Positions 39,231 through 47,417 of a stretch of DNA of 64,000 nucleotides are shown here, piece by piece. Every line of letters begins with the position of its first letter. Position 1 is the stretch's first letter. This stretch comes from Lachnospiraceae bacterium (GTDB taxonomy: Bacteria; Bacillota; Clostridia; Lachnospirales; Lachnospiraceae). A model generated the notes under the pieces. That model was not told the origin of the DNA. It did not search any database and saw only the letters and a program-made list of their open reading frames with translations. The stretch lies in assembly GCA_041776485.1 (NCBI GenBank), contig JBHBQE010000021.1:27896-91895 (forward strand), written 5' to 3'. The translations under genes were made by a program, and so were the position numbers.

Positions 39231-40880
39231 ATGCTCACCTATCTTCGTGTAAAAAATCTTGCAATAATAGACGAGGAAGAAATAGAGTTTGGAAGTGGAC
39301 TTAATGTTCTTTCAGGAGAAACCGGTGCAGGCAAGTCTATTATTCTGGGTGCCTTGGCTTTGGCGATGGGAGATAAGCCTGCAAAGGGGCTTATTCGTGA
39401 CACTTCAAAGGAAGCCTTGGTGGAGGCGATTTTTACGGTTAACAGCAGGCAAAAAGCTTTGCTTGTTGGGAATGATATAGAAATAGATGAAGATGAAATT
39501 ATATTGCAGCGAAAGATAACCCCTCAAAGGACTATTGCCAGAGTGAATGGTGAGAGTGTTCCCTCGGGAATGTTAGGTCGGATTTCCGGGATTCTAATAG
39601 ATATATATGGGCAAAACGAACATCAGAGTCTTTTGTCCAAAAAAAACCATATAGTCTTATTGGATGATTATGCGGGAGAGGAAATCGCCACCATTAAGGA
39701 AAGCTTAAGTAAGGGATTTGATAAGTATAAAGAGCTGCTTAAAGAGTTGGATTCCTGCGGCATGGAGGAACAGGACAGGCTTAGAGAAATTGATTTGCTT
39801 ACCCATGAAATAGCGGAAATTGAGTCAGCAAAGCTTGTTGAGGGGGAAGAGGAGAAACTGGAGGAGGAGCATAGGAAGCTATCTAAAATGGAAAAGGTTA
39901 TTTCCTCTGTAGATGAAGCTGTATATGCAGTTGGGGAAAATACTACGGAAAATATAGGCAGGGCAATACGCAGCCTAAGAGGTATAGAGAGTATTGATGA
40001 AAAAATAACTCCCCTTATAAATACATTGGTTGATGCAGAGGACATCTTAAATGATGCGAGCCACGAGCTAAATTCCTACAGGGAATCGGTAAGCCTTTCA
40101 CCGGAGAGACTTTTGGAGCTTTCTGAAAGATTGGATTTGATTGACAGATTAAAGCGGAAGTATACAAGAAATGGAAGTGTTTCAGATGTACTGAAAACTT
40201 TGGTGGATAATCAAAATAAGCTTCAAAGGCTTTCAGATTATGAAAGCTATATTAAATCCTTAGAGGAAAAGCTGAACATGGAAAAGGAAAATCTAAATAA
40301 TCTGGCAAAAGATCTTACCCATATTAGGAAAAAAACAGCCTTGGAACTCACAGGGCTTATTAACGAGGCTCTTTTGGACTTGAATTTCACAGGATCAGGT
40401 ATAGAGATAAGTATAGATACCAGAGAAAACATAAAAAGAGACGGGCTTGATGAAGTTAGCTTTTTAATATCTACCAATCAGGGGGAGATTCCAAAACCCA
40501 TTGAAGATATAGCAAGCGGCGGTGAACTTTCAAGGATTATGTTAGCCATTAAAACTATATTTGCAGGAGCAGGAGAAATTGATACACTGGTATTTGATGA
40601 AATAGATTCCGGGGTCAGCGGTAAAACAGCGGCAAGGATAGCCGGAAGACTTTCATCATTATCCAAGAATAACCAGGTAATATGCATAACGCATTTACCC
40701 CAGATTGCCGCAAAGGCAAATTTGCATTTTTTAATAGAAAAAAAGATTGTGGATAATTCCACAATATCCCTGATACGCCTATTAGATAAAGATGAGCATA
40801 TTCAGGAAGTTGCGAGAATGCTGGCAGGGGATGAGATTACCAGAGAAGCTGTAGAAAACGCTAGAATACTAATTACGTAA
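39231..40880 (+). CDS. recN: DNA repair protein RecN
   Basis: Walker A GETGAGKS, long coiled-coil middle, C-terminal SGGELSR and FDEIDSGVSG. Confidence 0.95.
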   Translation: MLTYLRVKNLAIIDEEEIEFGSGLNVLSGETGAGKSIILGALALAMGDKPAKGLIRDTSKEALVEAIFTVNSRQKALLVGNDIEIDEDEIILQRKITPQRTIARVNGESVPSGMLGRISGILIDIYGQNEHQSLLSKKNHIVLLDDYAGEEIATIKESLSKGFDKYKELLKELDSCGMEEQDRLREIDLLTHEIAEIESAKLVEGEEEKLEEEHRKLSKMEKVISSVDEAVYAVGENTTENIGRAIRSLRGIESIDEKITPLINTLVDAEDILNDASHELNSYRESVSLSPERLLELSERLDLIDRLKRKYTRNGSVSDVLKTLVDNQNKLQRLSDYESYIKSLEEKLNMEKENLNNLAKDLTHIRKKTALELTGLINEALLDLNFTGSGIEISIDTRENIKRDGLDEVSFLISTNQGEIPKPIEDIASGGELSRIMLAIKTIFAGAGEIDTLVFDEIDSGVSGKTAARIAGRLSSLSKNNQVICITHLPQIAAKANLHFLIEKKIVDNSTISLIRLLDKDEHIQEVARMLAGDEITREAVENARILIT

Positions 40881-40881
40881 T

Positions 40882-43320
40882 ATGGGAGAAGTATATTATT
40901 TAAACCGAAATTGGAAGTTTAATGATTGCTTTGAGGGGTCATTTTTAATAGAGCCGATGTCCGGGGGTGAGTTGGTAGAGATTCCGCATATTTTTCATGA
41001 AACTACCTATAATTATATTGATAAGGACAGACAAAGAGCCAGATGTGTCTATCAAAGGTGTTTTGTTGCCAGAGAGGAGTGGCGTGGCAAAAGGATAATT
41101 TTGACCTTTGAAGGGGTGGCATATAAGGCTTCCGTTTATATAAACGGTGTAAACCAGATTATTAATCAGAGCATATCCATTCCCTTTGAAGTTGATATTG
41201 ATTCAAAGGTTAATTTTGGTGAGGAAAATCTTATTACCGTTATAGTGGATTCCAGACCGAATCTGAATCAGCCGCCTTTTTATGAGAATATGCCTGTAGA
41301 CATGCCTGCTTTCGGAGGTATATACAGGGATGTATATCTTACTGTAAAGGAGCAGATTTCCATGGAAGAGGTCTGCTATCTTGCAGGGACTGCGCTTCCT
41401 ATAGATACAAGAGGAATGAACAGACAAAAGCTTTCCAATTATAAATTACCAGGGAATATCAAAAGTATAGTTAAACTGTCTGAGGCTGCCGTCAGAATGG
41501 CAGGTGAGCATAGACTATCAGTAAGGCAAACCTTAAATGGCAAAGAAATATCCTTTCAGCCCATTGATGAAAGCGGAGTTACGGAAACTACCACAGGACC
41601 GGTTCATATATGGGATTTAGATTCGCCAACCTGTTACAGATTACAGACAGACCTGCTTTTAGATGATATGGTAATAGATACAGATGTATCTATGATTGGT
41701 TTCAGATCTGCTGTTTTCAATCAAAGCGGTTTTTACCTAAATGGCAGAAGGATAAAGATTAGGGGTATAGTCAGGTATCAAACATATCCATATATGGGAT
41801 ATGCAGCGCCTGAGAGCCTGCAAAGATTAGATGCCAGAATACTAAAGGAGGAGCTTCATGTCAATGCAGTGCGCTGCTGTGGGGAATTTCCTTCTCCCTA
41901 TTTTTTAGATGAATGTGATAAAAGGGGAATATTAGTTTTCCCTGAGGTTCCCGGTTATCGGGATGTGGGTGACGAGGAGTTTCGAGAAATACATTTAAAA
42001 AATGTGGAGCAAATGATTATTCATGGAAGAAATCATGCCTGTATATTTTTATGGGGAACAAGAATAAACGGCTCAGCTTCAATGAACTTCGATGTTCAGG
42101 CAGTTCAGATTGCCCATAGGCTGGATCCTACCAGAGCCACCGGAGGTGAAAGGCTGGATACAAATATGCCTATGGCTGAAGATGTATACTGTTACAGGGA
42201 CTTGTCCTATTCCGGAAAGTCTGCTCCTCTAAGATCCAAGGAGGAAATTACCTCTGACATGTCTAAGCCTTATTTGGTTTGCGGATATATGGGGGAGAGC
42301 TATTCTGTTCGCCCGGGGGACAGTCCTAAGAGAAAGCTGGGTCAGATTGCCCATATTGCAGGAGTATTAGATGCTCAGGCTTTTCATGAGGATACCTGCG
42401 GAAGTTTTGCCTGCTCCATGTGTGATTATCCTACAATGGCGGAATTTGCTGCTGAGGATGGGATTGCATATCACGGAATTTTAGATATGTTTAGGAATAA
42501 AAAGCCGGCGGCGTATATATTTTCATCACAGAATAATACGTCTAAGGAGCTGTTTATATATCCGCCAATATCCGGAGACCGAGAAAGATGGGAGGGCACC
42601 GGTGACATATTTATTTTAACAAATATGGACAGTGTTAAAACTTATAGGGACGGTCAGTTTATCTGTGAATATCAAAGAGAGGACTCTCCCTTTGGTAATA
42701 TGAGACATCCTCCTATTATTATGAATGATTTTGTGGGGGAAACATTTTCCGCACGAAGCAATAAAATTGACCAAATAAGGCGCATAAAAAAGCTTATAAA
42801 TCAAATGGCGGTTGGGGGACTGTCGTCTTTCTTGGTACCGGGACAAATGCTTGATTTTATATTATCAAAAATTGTTTACCGTACAGACAGACGGGAGCTT
42901 CTTTCCCTGTATGAAAAATATGTTTCAAGATCCCATGAATACAGATTTGAAGGGATAAAAAACGGTAAGGTGGAAGTTGTATCCACATTAAAGCCCTGTA
43001 CCAAAAGATTTATCAAAGCTGATATATCCTCTATGAATCTTATTGAAAAACATTGCTATGATATTATCCAAATAAGAATTATGGTGGTAAATGAATCGGG
43101 AGAGGTGCTGTCTGATTTTGCAGAGCCGATTATTGTCAATACAAAGGGACCTGTCAGCCTAATCGGTCCGGGAATCATACCCCTCAGAGGAGGTATGGCG
43201 GGTACCTATATTCGATCAGTGGGAAAAGAGGGGGAGGCACGGGTAACCATAAGCTGTGGTGGATTGCCGGATACGGTATTTACAATCAATGTACTGAAGG
43301 CACCTCAAAGTGATATTTAG
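40882..43320 (+). CDS. GH2-fold (beta-galactosidase/glucuronidase-like) protein with degenerate catalytic motifs
   Basis: 812 aa. Sugar-binding-domain pattern (LNRNWKF, GKRIILTFEGVAYKASVYINGV, GGIYRDVYL). TIM-barrel scaffold NAVRC...FLDECDKRGILVF. However, NHACIFLWGTRINGS and VCGYMGE replace the canonical W..GNE and CEY/EYG motifs. Confidence 0.7.
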   Translation: MGEVYYLNRNWKFNDCFEGSFLIEPMSGGELVEIPHIFHETTYNYIDKDRQRARCVYQRCFVAREEWRGKRIILTFEGVAYKASVYINGVNQIINQSISIPFEVDIDSKVNFGEENLITVIVDSRPNLNQPPFYENMPVDMPAFGGIYRDVYLTVKEQISMEEVCYLAGTALPIDTRGMNRQKLSNYKLPGNIKSIVKLSEAAVRMAGEHRLSVRQTLNGKEISFQPIDESGVTETTTGPVHIWDLDSPTCYRLQTDLLLDDMVIDTDVSMIGFRSAVFNQSGFYLNGRRIKIRGIVRYQTYPYMGYAAPESLQRLDARILKEELHVNAVRCCGEFPSPYFLDECDKRGILVFPEVPGYRDVGDEEFREIHLKNVEQMIIHGRNHACIFLWGTRINGSASMNFDVQAVQIAHRLDPTRATGGERLDTNMPMAEDVYCYRDLSYSGKSAPLRSKEEITSDMSKPYLVCGYMGESYSVRPGDSPKRKLGQIAHIAGVLDAQAFHEDTCGSFACSMCDYPTMAEFAAEDGIAYHGILDMFRNKKPAAYIFSSQNNTSKELFIYPPISGDRERWEGTGDIFILTNMDSVKTYRDGQFICEYQREDSPFGNMRHPPIIMNDFVGETFSARSNKIDQIRRIKKLINQMAVGGLSSFLVPGQMLDFILSKIVYRTDRRELLSLYEKYVSRSHEYRFEGIKNGKVEVVSTLKPCTKRFIKADISSMNLIEKHCYDIIQIRIMVVNESGEVLSDFAEPIIVNTKGPVSLIGPGIIPLRGGMAGTYIRSVGKEGEARVTISCGGLPDTVFTINVLKAPQSDI

Positions 43321-44183
43321 AATAATATTTTCCCTGTATTTCTCTCGTATAAATAAACATGATTAGACAGTATTTCTGTTTGCTTTGGAGCGGTTTCATT
43401 AATAGAGAAAACCATATCATGTAATTCCCTGGAATTTTTATCCTTACAGGGTAATAATATAAGTTCATGTACGCTTGAGGGTAATATGTATATATCCTCA
43501 TTGAATTTTTCTGCCAATTTCTCCAATACCCTGGAATAAAGGATACAGCTTGCCCCATAGGTACATATACTATTAGTGAGCACATACATATCTAATGGAT
43601 TGCTTGTAATATCATTAACTGAGGTATCCTTTAGAATGTCAGAAAACCTATGTACATTTTCAGGCAGCAGCTTTGGAGTATTTTTACCGGCATATTCCAG
43701 TATTGTATTTACTCCTATATCCCAGTTTTTAATGTGTGAATTATCAATAGCTGCAATAGAGTATATATCTTTTTTGAAAATACAAATATTAAAGACAATT
43801 GCAAGATCTAAAAATTTAATATGGGGTATTTCACAAAGCAATGGGAAATTACGTTTATAATTAATAAGCCTGTATATAATTTTATTTTTGACCCAATTAA
43901 AATCATATAATGGCAGATCTATATTTGTGTATATCCTGTATTTTTCATAGGTGGAAATAATATCCGAAAGAATATTGCTAATATCCTCACCTTTTTTATA
44001 CCTGGTAAAGTATTCATCAAGATATATTATGGGCTTTATATTGCTACTTTCTGTGGAAATTATAAGGGCATTTTTAGTTATACCGTTATTTTGCCTGAAG
44101 CTTTCAAAGGAAATGCCTGTATTTTCCGGTAAGCTCTCAGCTGCCACAGAATTCAGCTCTGATATAAAAGATTGATATGTCAT
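43317..44183 (-). CDS. hypothetical protein (resembles DUF5688-type proteins seen on Firmicutes mobile elements)
   Basis: 288 aa. N-terminal pattern SFISELNSVAAESLP...FRQNNGITKNALIISTESSNIKPIIYLDEYF is recalled from DUF5688-like proteins. AAGGAG RBS. Looks AT-rich by eye. Confidence 0.5.
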   Translation of the reverse strand: MTYQSFISELNSVAAESLPENTGISFESFRQNNGITKNALIISTESSNIKPIIYLDEYFTRYKKGEDISNILSDIISTYEKYRIYTNIDLPLYDFNWVKNKIIYRLINYKRNFPLLCEIPHIKFLDLAIVFNICIFKKDIYSIAAIDNSHIKNWDIGVNTILEYAGKNTPKLLPENVHRFSDILKDTSVNDITSNPLDMYVLTNSICTYGASCILYSRVLEKLAEKFNEDIYILPSSVHELILLPCKDKNSRELHDMVFSINETAPKQTEILSNHVYLYERNTGKILF

Positions 44184-44205
44184 ATATTCTCCTTATATAT
44201 GACAT
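44177..44205 (-). promoter_or_regulatory. hairpin placing the SD in the loop and the start codon in the stem of the DUF5688-like gene
   Basis: Minus-strand RNA reads AUGUCAUAUAU-AAGGAGA-AUAUAUGACAU. The arms are a perfect 11-nt pair (44195-44205 and 44177-44187). The start codon occupies 44181-44183. Confidence 0.45.
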
Positions 44206-44253
44206 GCCTAATGAAAGAAAGTAGAGAAAGTATATTATGCTGTAAAGAGTCTG

Positions 44254-45081
44254 TCAATCCCCATATTTCTCAAGGAAACTATAACGTACTCCCTGCAGTT
44301 TTATTTCAGGGAAGGTATCTGCATGCACATTATGTATAGAATTAAATATATTACTTTCAATAAGAGGATTTTCTTTTTTGAGCCGTTTAATTAATTCTTT
44401 GGTATATGCCCTCTTTGAGGTGGAAATATCCTCTGCATGGATTTTTTCAGTAAGGGCACAGGCACATTGCAGAAATGTAAGCTCATGATAATCTCTCCAG
44501 GCAATAATAGCCTCCTCATGTACCATATATAGCGGGCGTATAAGTTCCATTCCAGGGAAATTCTTAGAATGAAGCTTGGGCATCATTCCCTGAAGCTGTG
44601 CACCGTATAGCATAGCCATTAGAGTGGTTTCAATAACATCAGAAAAATGATGTCCCAGAGCTATTTTATTACACCCTAATTCCCGTGCCTTGGCATACAG
44701 ATATCCCCTCCTCATTCTGGCACATAAATAACAGGGGGTTTTTGATATCTCTTCAGTAACAGAAAAGATTGGAGATTGGAAAAATTCCACAGGGATGCCT
44801 AATTTGCCGGTGTTTTCTACAATCAAATCTGCATTTTCTCTGGAATATCCGGGATTCATGGATATGAACCTAAGGTTAAAGGGAACCTCTGAATGACTGT
44901 GAAGTATCTGCATAAGCTTAGCCAAAAGCATAGAATCCTTTCCGCCGGAAATACAAACTGCAATTGAATCCCCCTTATTTATAAGCTGATATTTTTTGAT
45001 TGCCTGCATAAAGGGGCGCCTTATGCTTTTTTTATATCTTTTTGTTAAATTATGCTCTACTTCCAGAGAAATATTTTCCAT
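44254..45081 (-). CDS. ttcA: TtcA-family PP-loop ATPase (tRNA 2-thiocytidine synthetase-like)
   Basis: PP-loop CISGGKDS, CYLCARMRRGYLY and KIALGHHFSDVIETTLMAMLYG...MPPKL-like MMPKL. Confidence 0.8.
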   Translation of the reverse strand: MENISLEVEHNLTKRYKKSIRRPFMQAIKKYQLINKGDSIAVCISGGKDSMLLAKLMQILHSHSEVPFNLRFISMNPGYSRENADLIVENTGKLGIPVEFFQSPIFSVTEEISKTPCYLCARMRRGYLYAKARELGCNKIALGHHFSDVIETTLMAMLYGAQLQGMMPKLHSKNFPGMELIRPLYMVHEEAIIAWRDYHELTFLQCACALTEKIHAEDISTSKRAYTKELIKRLKKENPLIESNIFNSIHNVHADTFPEIKLQGVRYSFLEKYGD

Positions 45082-45242
45082 TTTTATACAAAAGTGTCGA
45101 TATGTTTAATTTAATATTTACATTCACAAATAATATGATAAAATACTTTTGGTTCTATAATCAAGATACAAAAGAATATAAAACTTAAGCCCTGAGGTAT
45201 TTATTACCAAAACAGAATTTAAGTATATCATAGGAGGAAGTT

Positions 45243-45749
45243 ATGACAACAGGAGAAAAAATAAGGTTTTATCGTAAAAAGGCAGGGTTATCCCAAAAAG
45301 CTCTTGGAGAAGCTGCTGGTGGTATACATGAGGTTACAATTAGGAAATATGAGGCGGGACTTAGAAATCCAAAGCCGGCGCAGCTAAAGAGAATAGCGGA
45401 CGCAATGGGAATTTCCGTATTTATGTTTTTGGATATAAGCATAGATACGGTATCAGACGTGTTGTCCTTAATATTTGAAATGGACAAATTTTCCCAAATG
45501 ATTATTGAGGGAAAGAGAGACAATCATGGTGAATATGACCCTTCCTCAATAAGGCTGCATTTTAATCACGATATAATCAATGAAAGACTTGCACTTTGGG
45601 CAAAGTCCAAAGACGTTGAAAAGAAACTTAAAGCCTCTCAGGATAGCTTTGAAAGCAGAAATGATTATGAGCAGGCAATCAAAAATATGGATAAACAGCT
45701 TGAGCAGATCAGAGCAAGGCTGATTGTAGATGAAACCAGATTGTCATAA
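45243..45749 (+). CDS. XRE-family helix-turn-helix protein with uncharacterised C-terminal domain of about 100 aa
   Basis: GEKIRFYRKKAGLSQKALGEAAG..HEVTIRKYEAGLRNPKPAQLKRIADAMGISV. AGGAGG RBS. Stop overlaps the next ATG (TAATG). Confidence 0.85.
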   Translation: MTTGEKIRFYRKKAGLSQKALGEAAGGIHEVTIRKYEAGLRNPKPAQLKRIADAMGISVFMFLDISIDTVSDVLSLIFEMDKFSQMIIEGKRDNHGEYDPSSIRLHFNHDIINERLALWAKSKDVEKKLKASQDSFESRNDYEQAIKNMDKQLEQIRARLIVDETRLS

Positions 45750-46381
45750 TGCTATATGATAAGGATATAAGAGAGCCGTTATTTTTTTATCTTGAGGAAA
45801 GGTACGGCAGGATTAGGATACTGGAGGAAAAAAGGATTGCAGGCTCCCGCTCTGATATTGTTATGATAACAGAGGGAGAGATTATAGGTATTGAGATTAA
45901 GAGCGACGCTGATACTTATACAAGATTGCCTGAGCAGGTAGTTAATTATGACCGGTTCTTCGATAGAAATATTTTGGTGGCAGGTTCCAGTCATGCAATG
46001 GCGGTAGCAGATCATGTGCCTGAGCATTGGGGAATTATCACGGTGGAGGAGATGGATGAGCATATAGATTTTTATATGCTTAGAACACCCAAATCCAATC
46101 CGAATATGGATGAGTCTAAGAAAATAACAATGCTTTGGCGCCCGGAGCTTGCAAATATTCAGGAGAAAATGGGACTTCCCAAGTATAAAAATTACTCTAA
46201 AAGGAAAATTCAGGATCTTTTGCTGTCAAAGGTACCAAGGGATATGCTTTGGAATTACATGTGTGAGGAGCTTTTTCAAAGGGATTATAATGAAATAAAA
46301 ACCCGGATTGACGAGTACAGAAAAAGTAATGGGTTAAGACGACGAAGAAAAGGATATAAGTATAAATATAAAGTGAAGTAA
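45749..46381 (+). CDS. sce7726-like protein (PD-(D/E)xK nuclease-fold candidate)
   Basis: N-terminus MLYDKDIREPLFFYLEERYGRIRILEEKRIAGSRSDIVMITEGEIIGIEIKSDADTY matches my memory of the sce7726 family. It contains a D-x(11)-E-x-K arrangement (SRSD...IEIK). Basic C-terminal tail RRRRKGYKYKYKVK. Confidence 0.6.
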   Translation: MLYDKDIREPLFFYLEERYGRIRILEEKRIAGSRSDIVMITEGEIIGIEIKSDADTYTRLPEQVVNYDRFFDRNILVAGSSHAMAVADHVPEHWGIITVEEMDEHIDFYMLRTPKSNPNMDESKKITMLWRPELANIQEKMGLPKYKNYSKRKIQDLLLSKVPRDMLWNYMCEELFQRDYNEIKTRIDEYRKSNGLRRRRKGYKYKYKVK

Positions 46382-46383
46382 AA

Positions 46384-46405
46384 GGCAGGTTAACCTGTCT
46401 TTTTT
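46384..46405 (+). terminator. Rho-independent terminator after the sce7726-like gene
   Basis: GGCAGG-TTAA-CCTGTC stem-loop (one G-U pair) followed by T6. It begins 3 nt after the stop codon. Confidence 0.75.
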
Positions 46406-46487
46406 GCAGTCAAGCCGGTTAATCGTATTAATAACACAGCGGATATAGGTATATAGCACAATTGTTTCTATACTATTTCTTTCAAGT

Positions 46488-47051
46488 ATGTCAGTACACG
46501 CCGAAGAGGTGGATTTAAGCGGCAATAGCATTGGTAACTATAGCCTTATTACAAAATCCGTTGGTGACGTAAATTATAGCTATGTGTATGAAAATGGCAT
46601 ATTGGTTTCGGAATCGTCATTGAATCTTAATACAGGACAATTATATGCTTATGATTATGTTAATAATATAAGATATGATGAACGCCTGGATTTTACTGTA
46701 CAGGAAAATAATATTAATTTTTTTGATAGCGATGATTTGATTGCACCTATGAGAGGGGTAAATTACAGATTAGTCAGTTCAGATAGGGGTTCATTAAAAT
46801 TTGCCGCTATGGCAGTAGCTACTATTATTGGTATAATAGCTGCTTTTGTGCCGGGAGCGTCACATAGAGCATTATTACATTTAGCAGAAACTATTGTTAA
46901 TTCTGGAGGTGATAATTTTACATATTCTTTAGATTTATATACAGCTACTCAAGGCAAATTCTTTTATGCCAAGAGGGCATTTAAAATCTATAATACTTCC
47001 GGTCAGCAGGTAGGACCTACAGTTACAGGTTATACAAAAACTCGTAAGTAA
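46488..47051 (+). CDS. hypothetical protein with one central hydrophobic segment; translation start poorly supported
   Basis: 187-aa ORF. No RBS before ATG 46488. The frame stays open upstream to 46449 and encodes a hydrophobic stretch without a start codon. Hydrophobic segment FAAMAVATIIGIIAAFVPGA. Looks AT-rich by eye. Confidence 0.4.
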   Translation: MSVHAEEVDLSGNSIGNYSLITKSVGDVNYSYVYENGILVSESSLNLNTGQLYAYDYVNNIRYDERLDFTVQENNINFFDSDDLIAPMRGVNYRLVSSDRGSLKFAAMAVATIIGIIAAFVPGASHRALLHLAETIVNSGGDNFTYSLDLYTATQGKFFYAKRAFKIYNTSGQQVGPTVTGYTKTRK

Positions 47052-47067
47052 TAGGATTGGTGATACT

Positions 47068-47307
47068 ATGAAAAATAGATTGTTAAAAAGATTTTTGATT
47101 TTATTTCCTATTCTTCGCGGAAGTACACTCTTTAGTCAGTATATTATTATTCCAATTATGTTTGGTGAGAAATATACTGTCTTTGTATTTATATATCAAA
47201 TAATTGAGAGTGTAATCATCGTTTATATAACTGTGCTTCTTGAAAAAAAATTGGGTCTTAAGATTGATCATAAAGCTCGAAAAGATGGCAAGGACAGCAG
47301 AGATTAG
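47068..47307 (+). CDS. small hypothetical membrane protein (79 aa)
   Basis: Two to three hydrophobic helices (FLILFPIL, YIIIPIMF, VFVFIYQIIESVIIVYITVLL) and a basic C-terminus. GGTGA lies shortly before the ATG. Confidence 0.5.
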   Translation: MKNRLLKRFLILFPILRGSTLFSQYIIIPIMFGEKYTVFVFIYQIIESVIIVYITVLLEKKLGLKIDHKARKDGKDSRD

Positions 47308-47348
47308 CTTTTAATGATATTTAATGTGTCATTGACTTTGTTTTGAAT

Positions 47349-47405
47349 CTGATGTTATGAGTAACTTTCAGTTGACATTCTGGACTGTTGTACCCATAAC
47401 ATCAG
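47349..47405. repeat. perfect 11-bp inverted repeat with 35-nt spacer between convergent genes
   Basis: CTGATGTTATG (47349-47359) and CATAACATCAG (47395-47405). No flanking T or A run. Confidence 0.85.
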
Positions 47406-47417
47406 GTTCTTGCTAAG

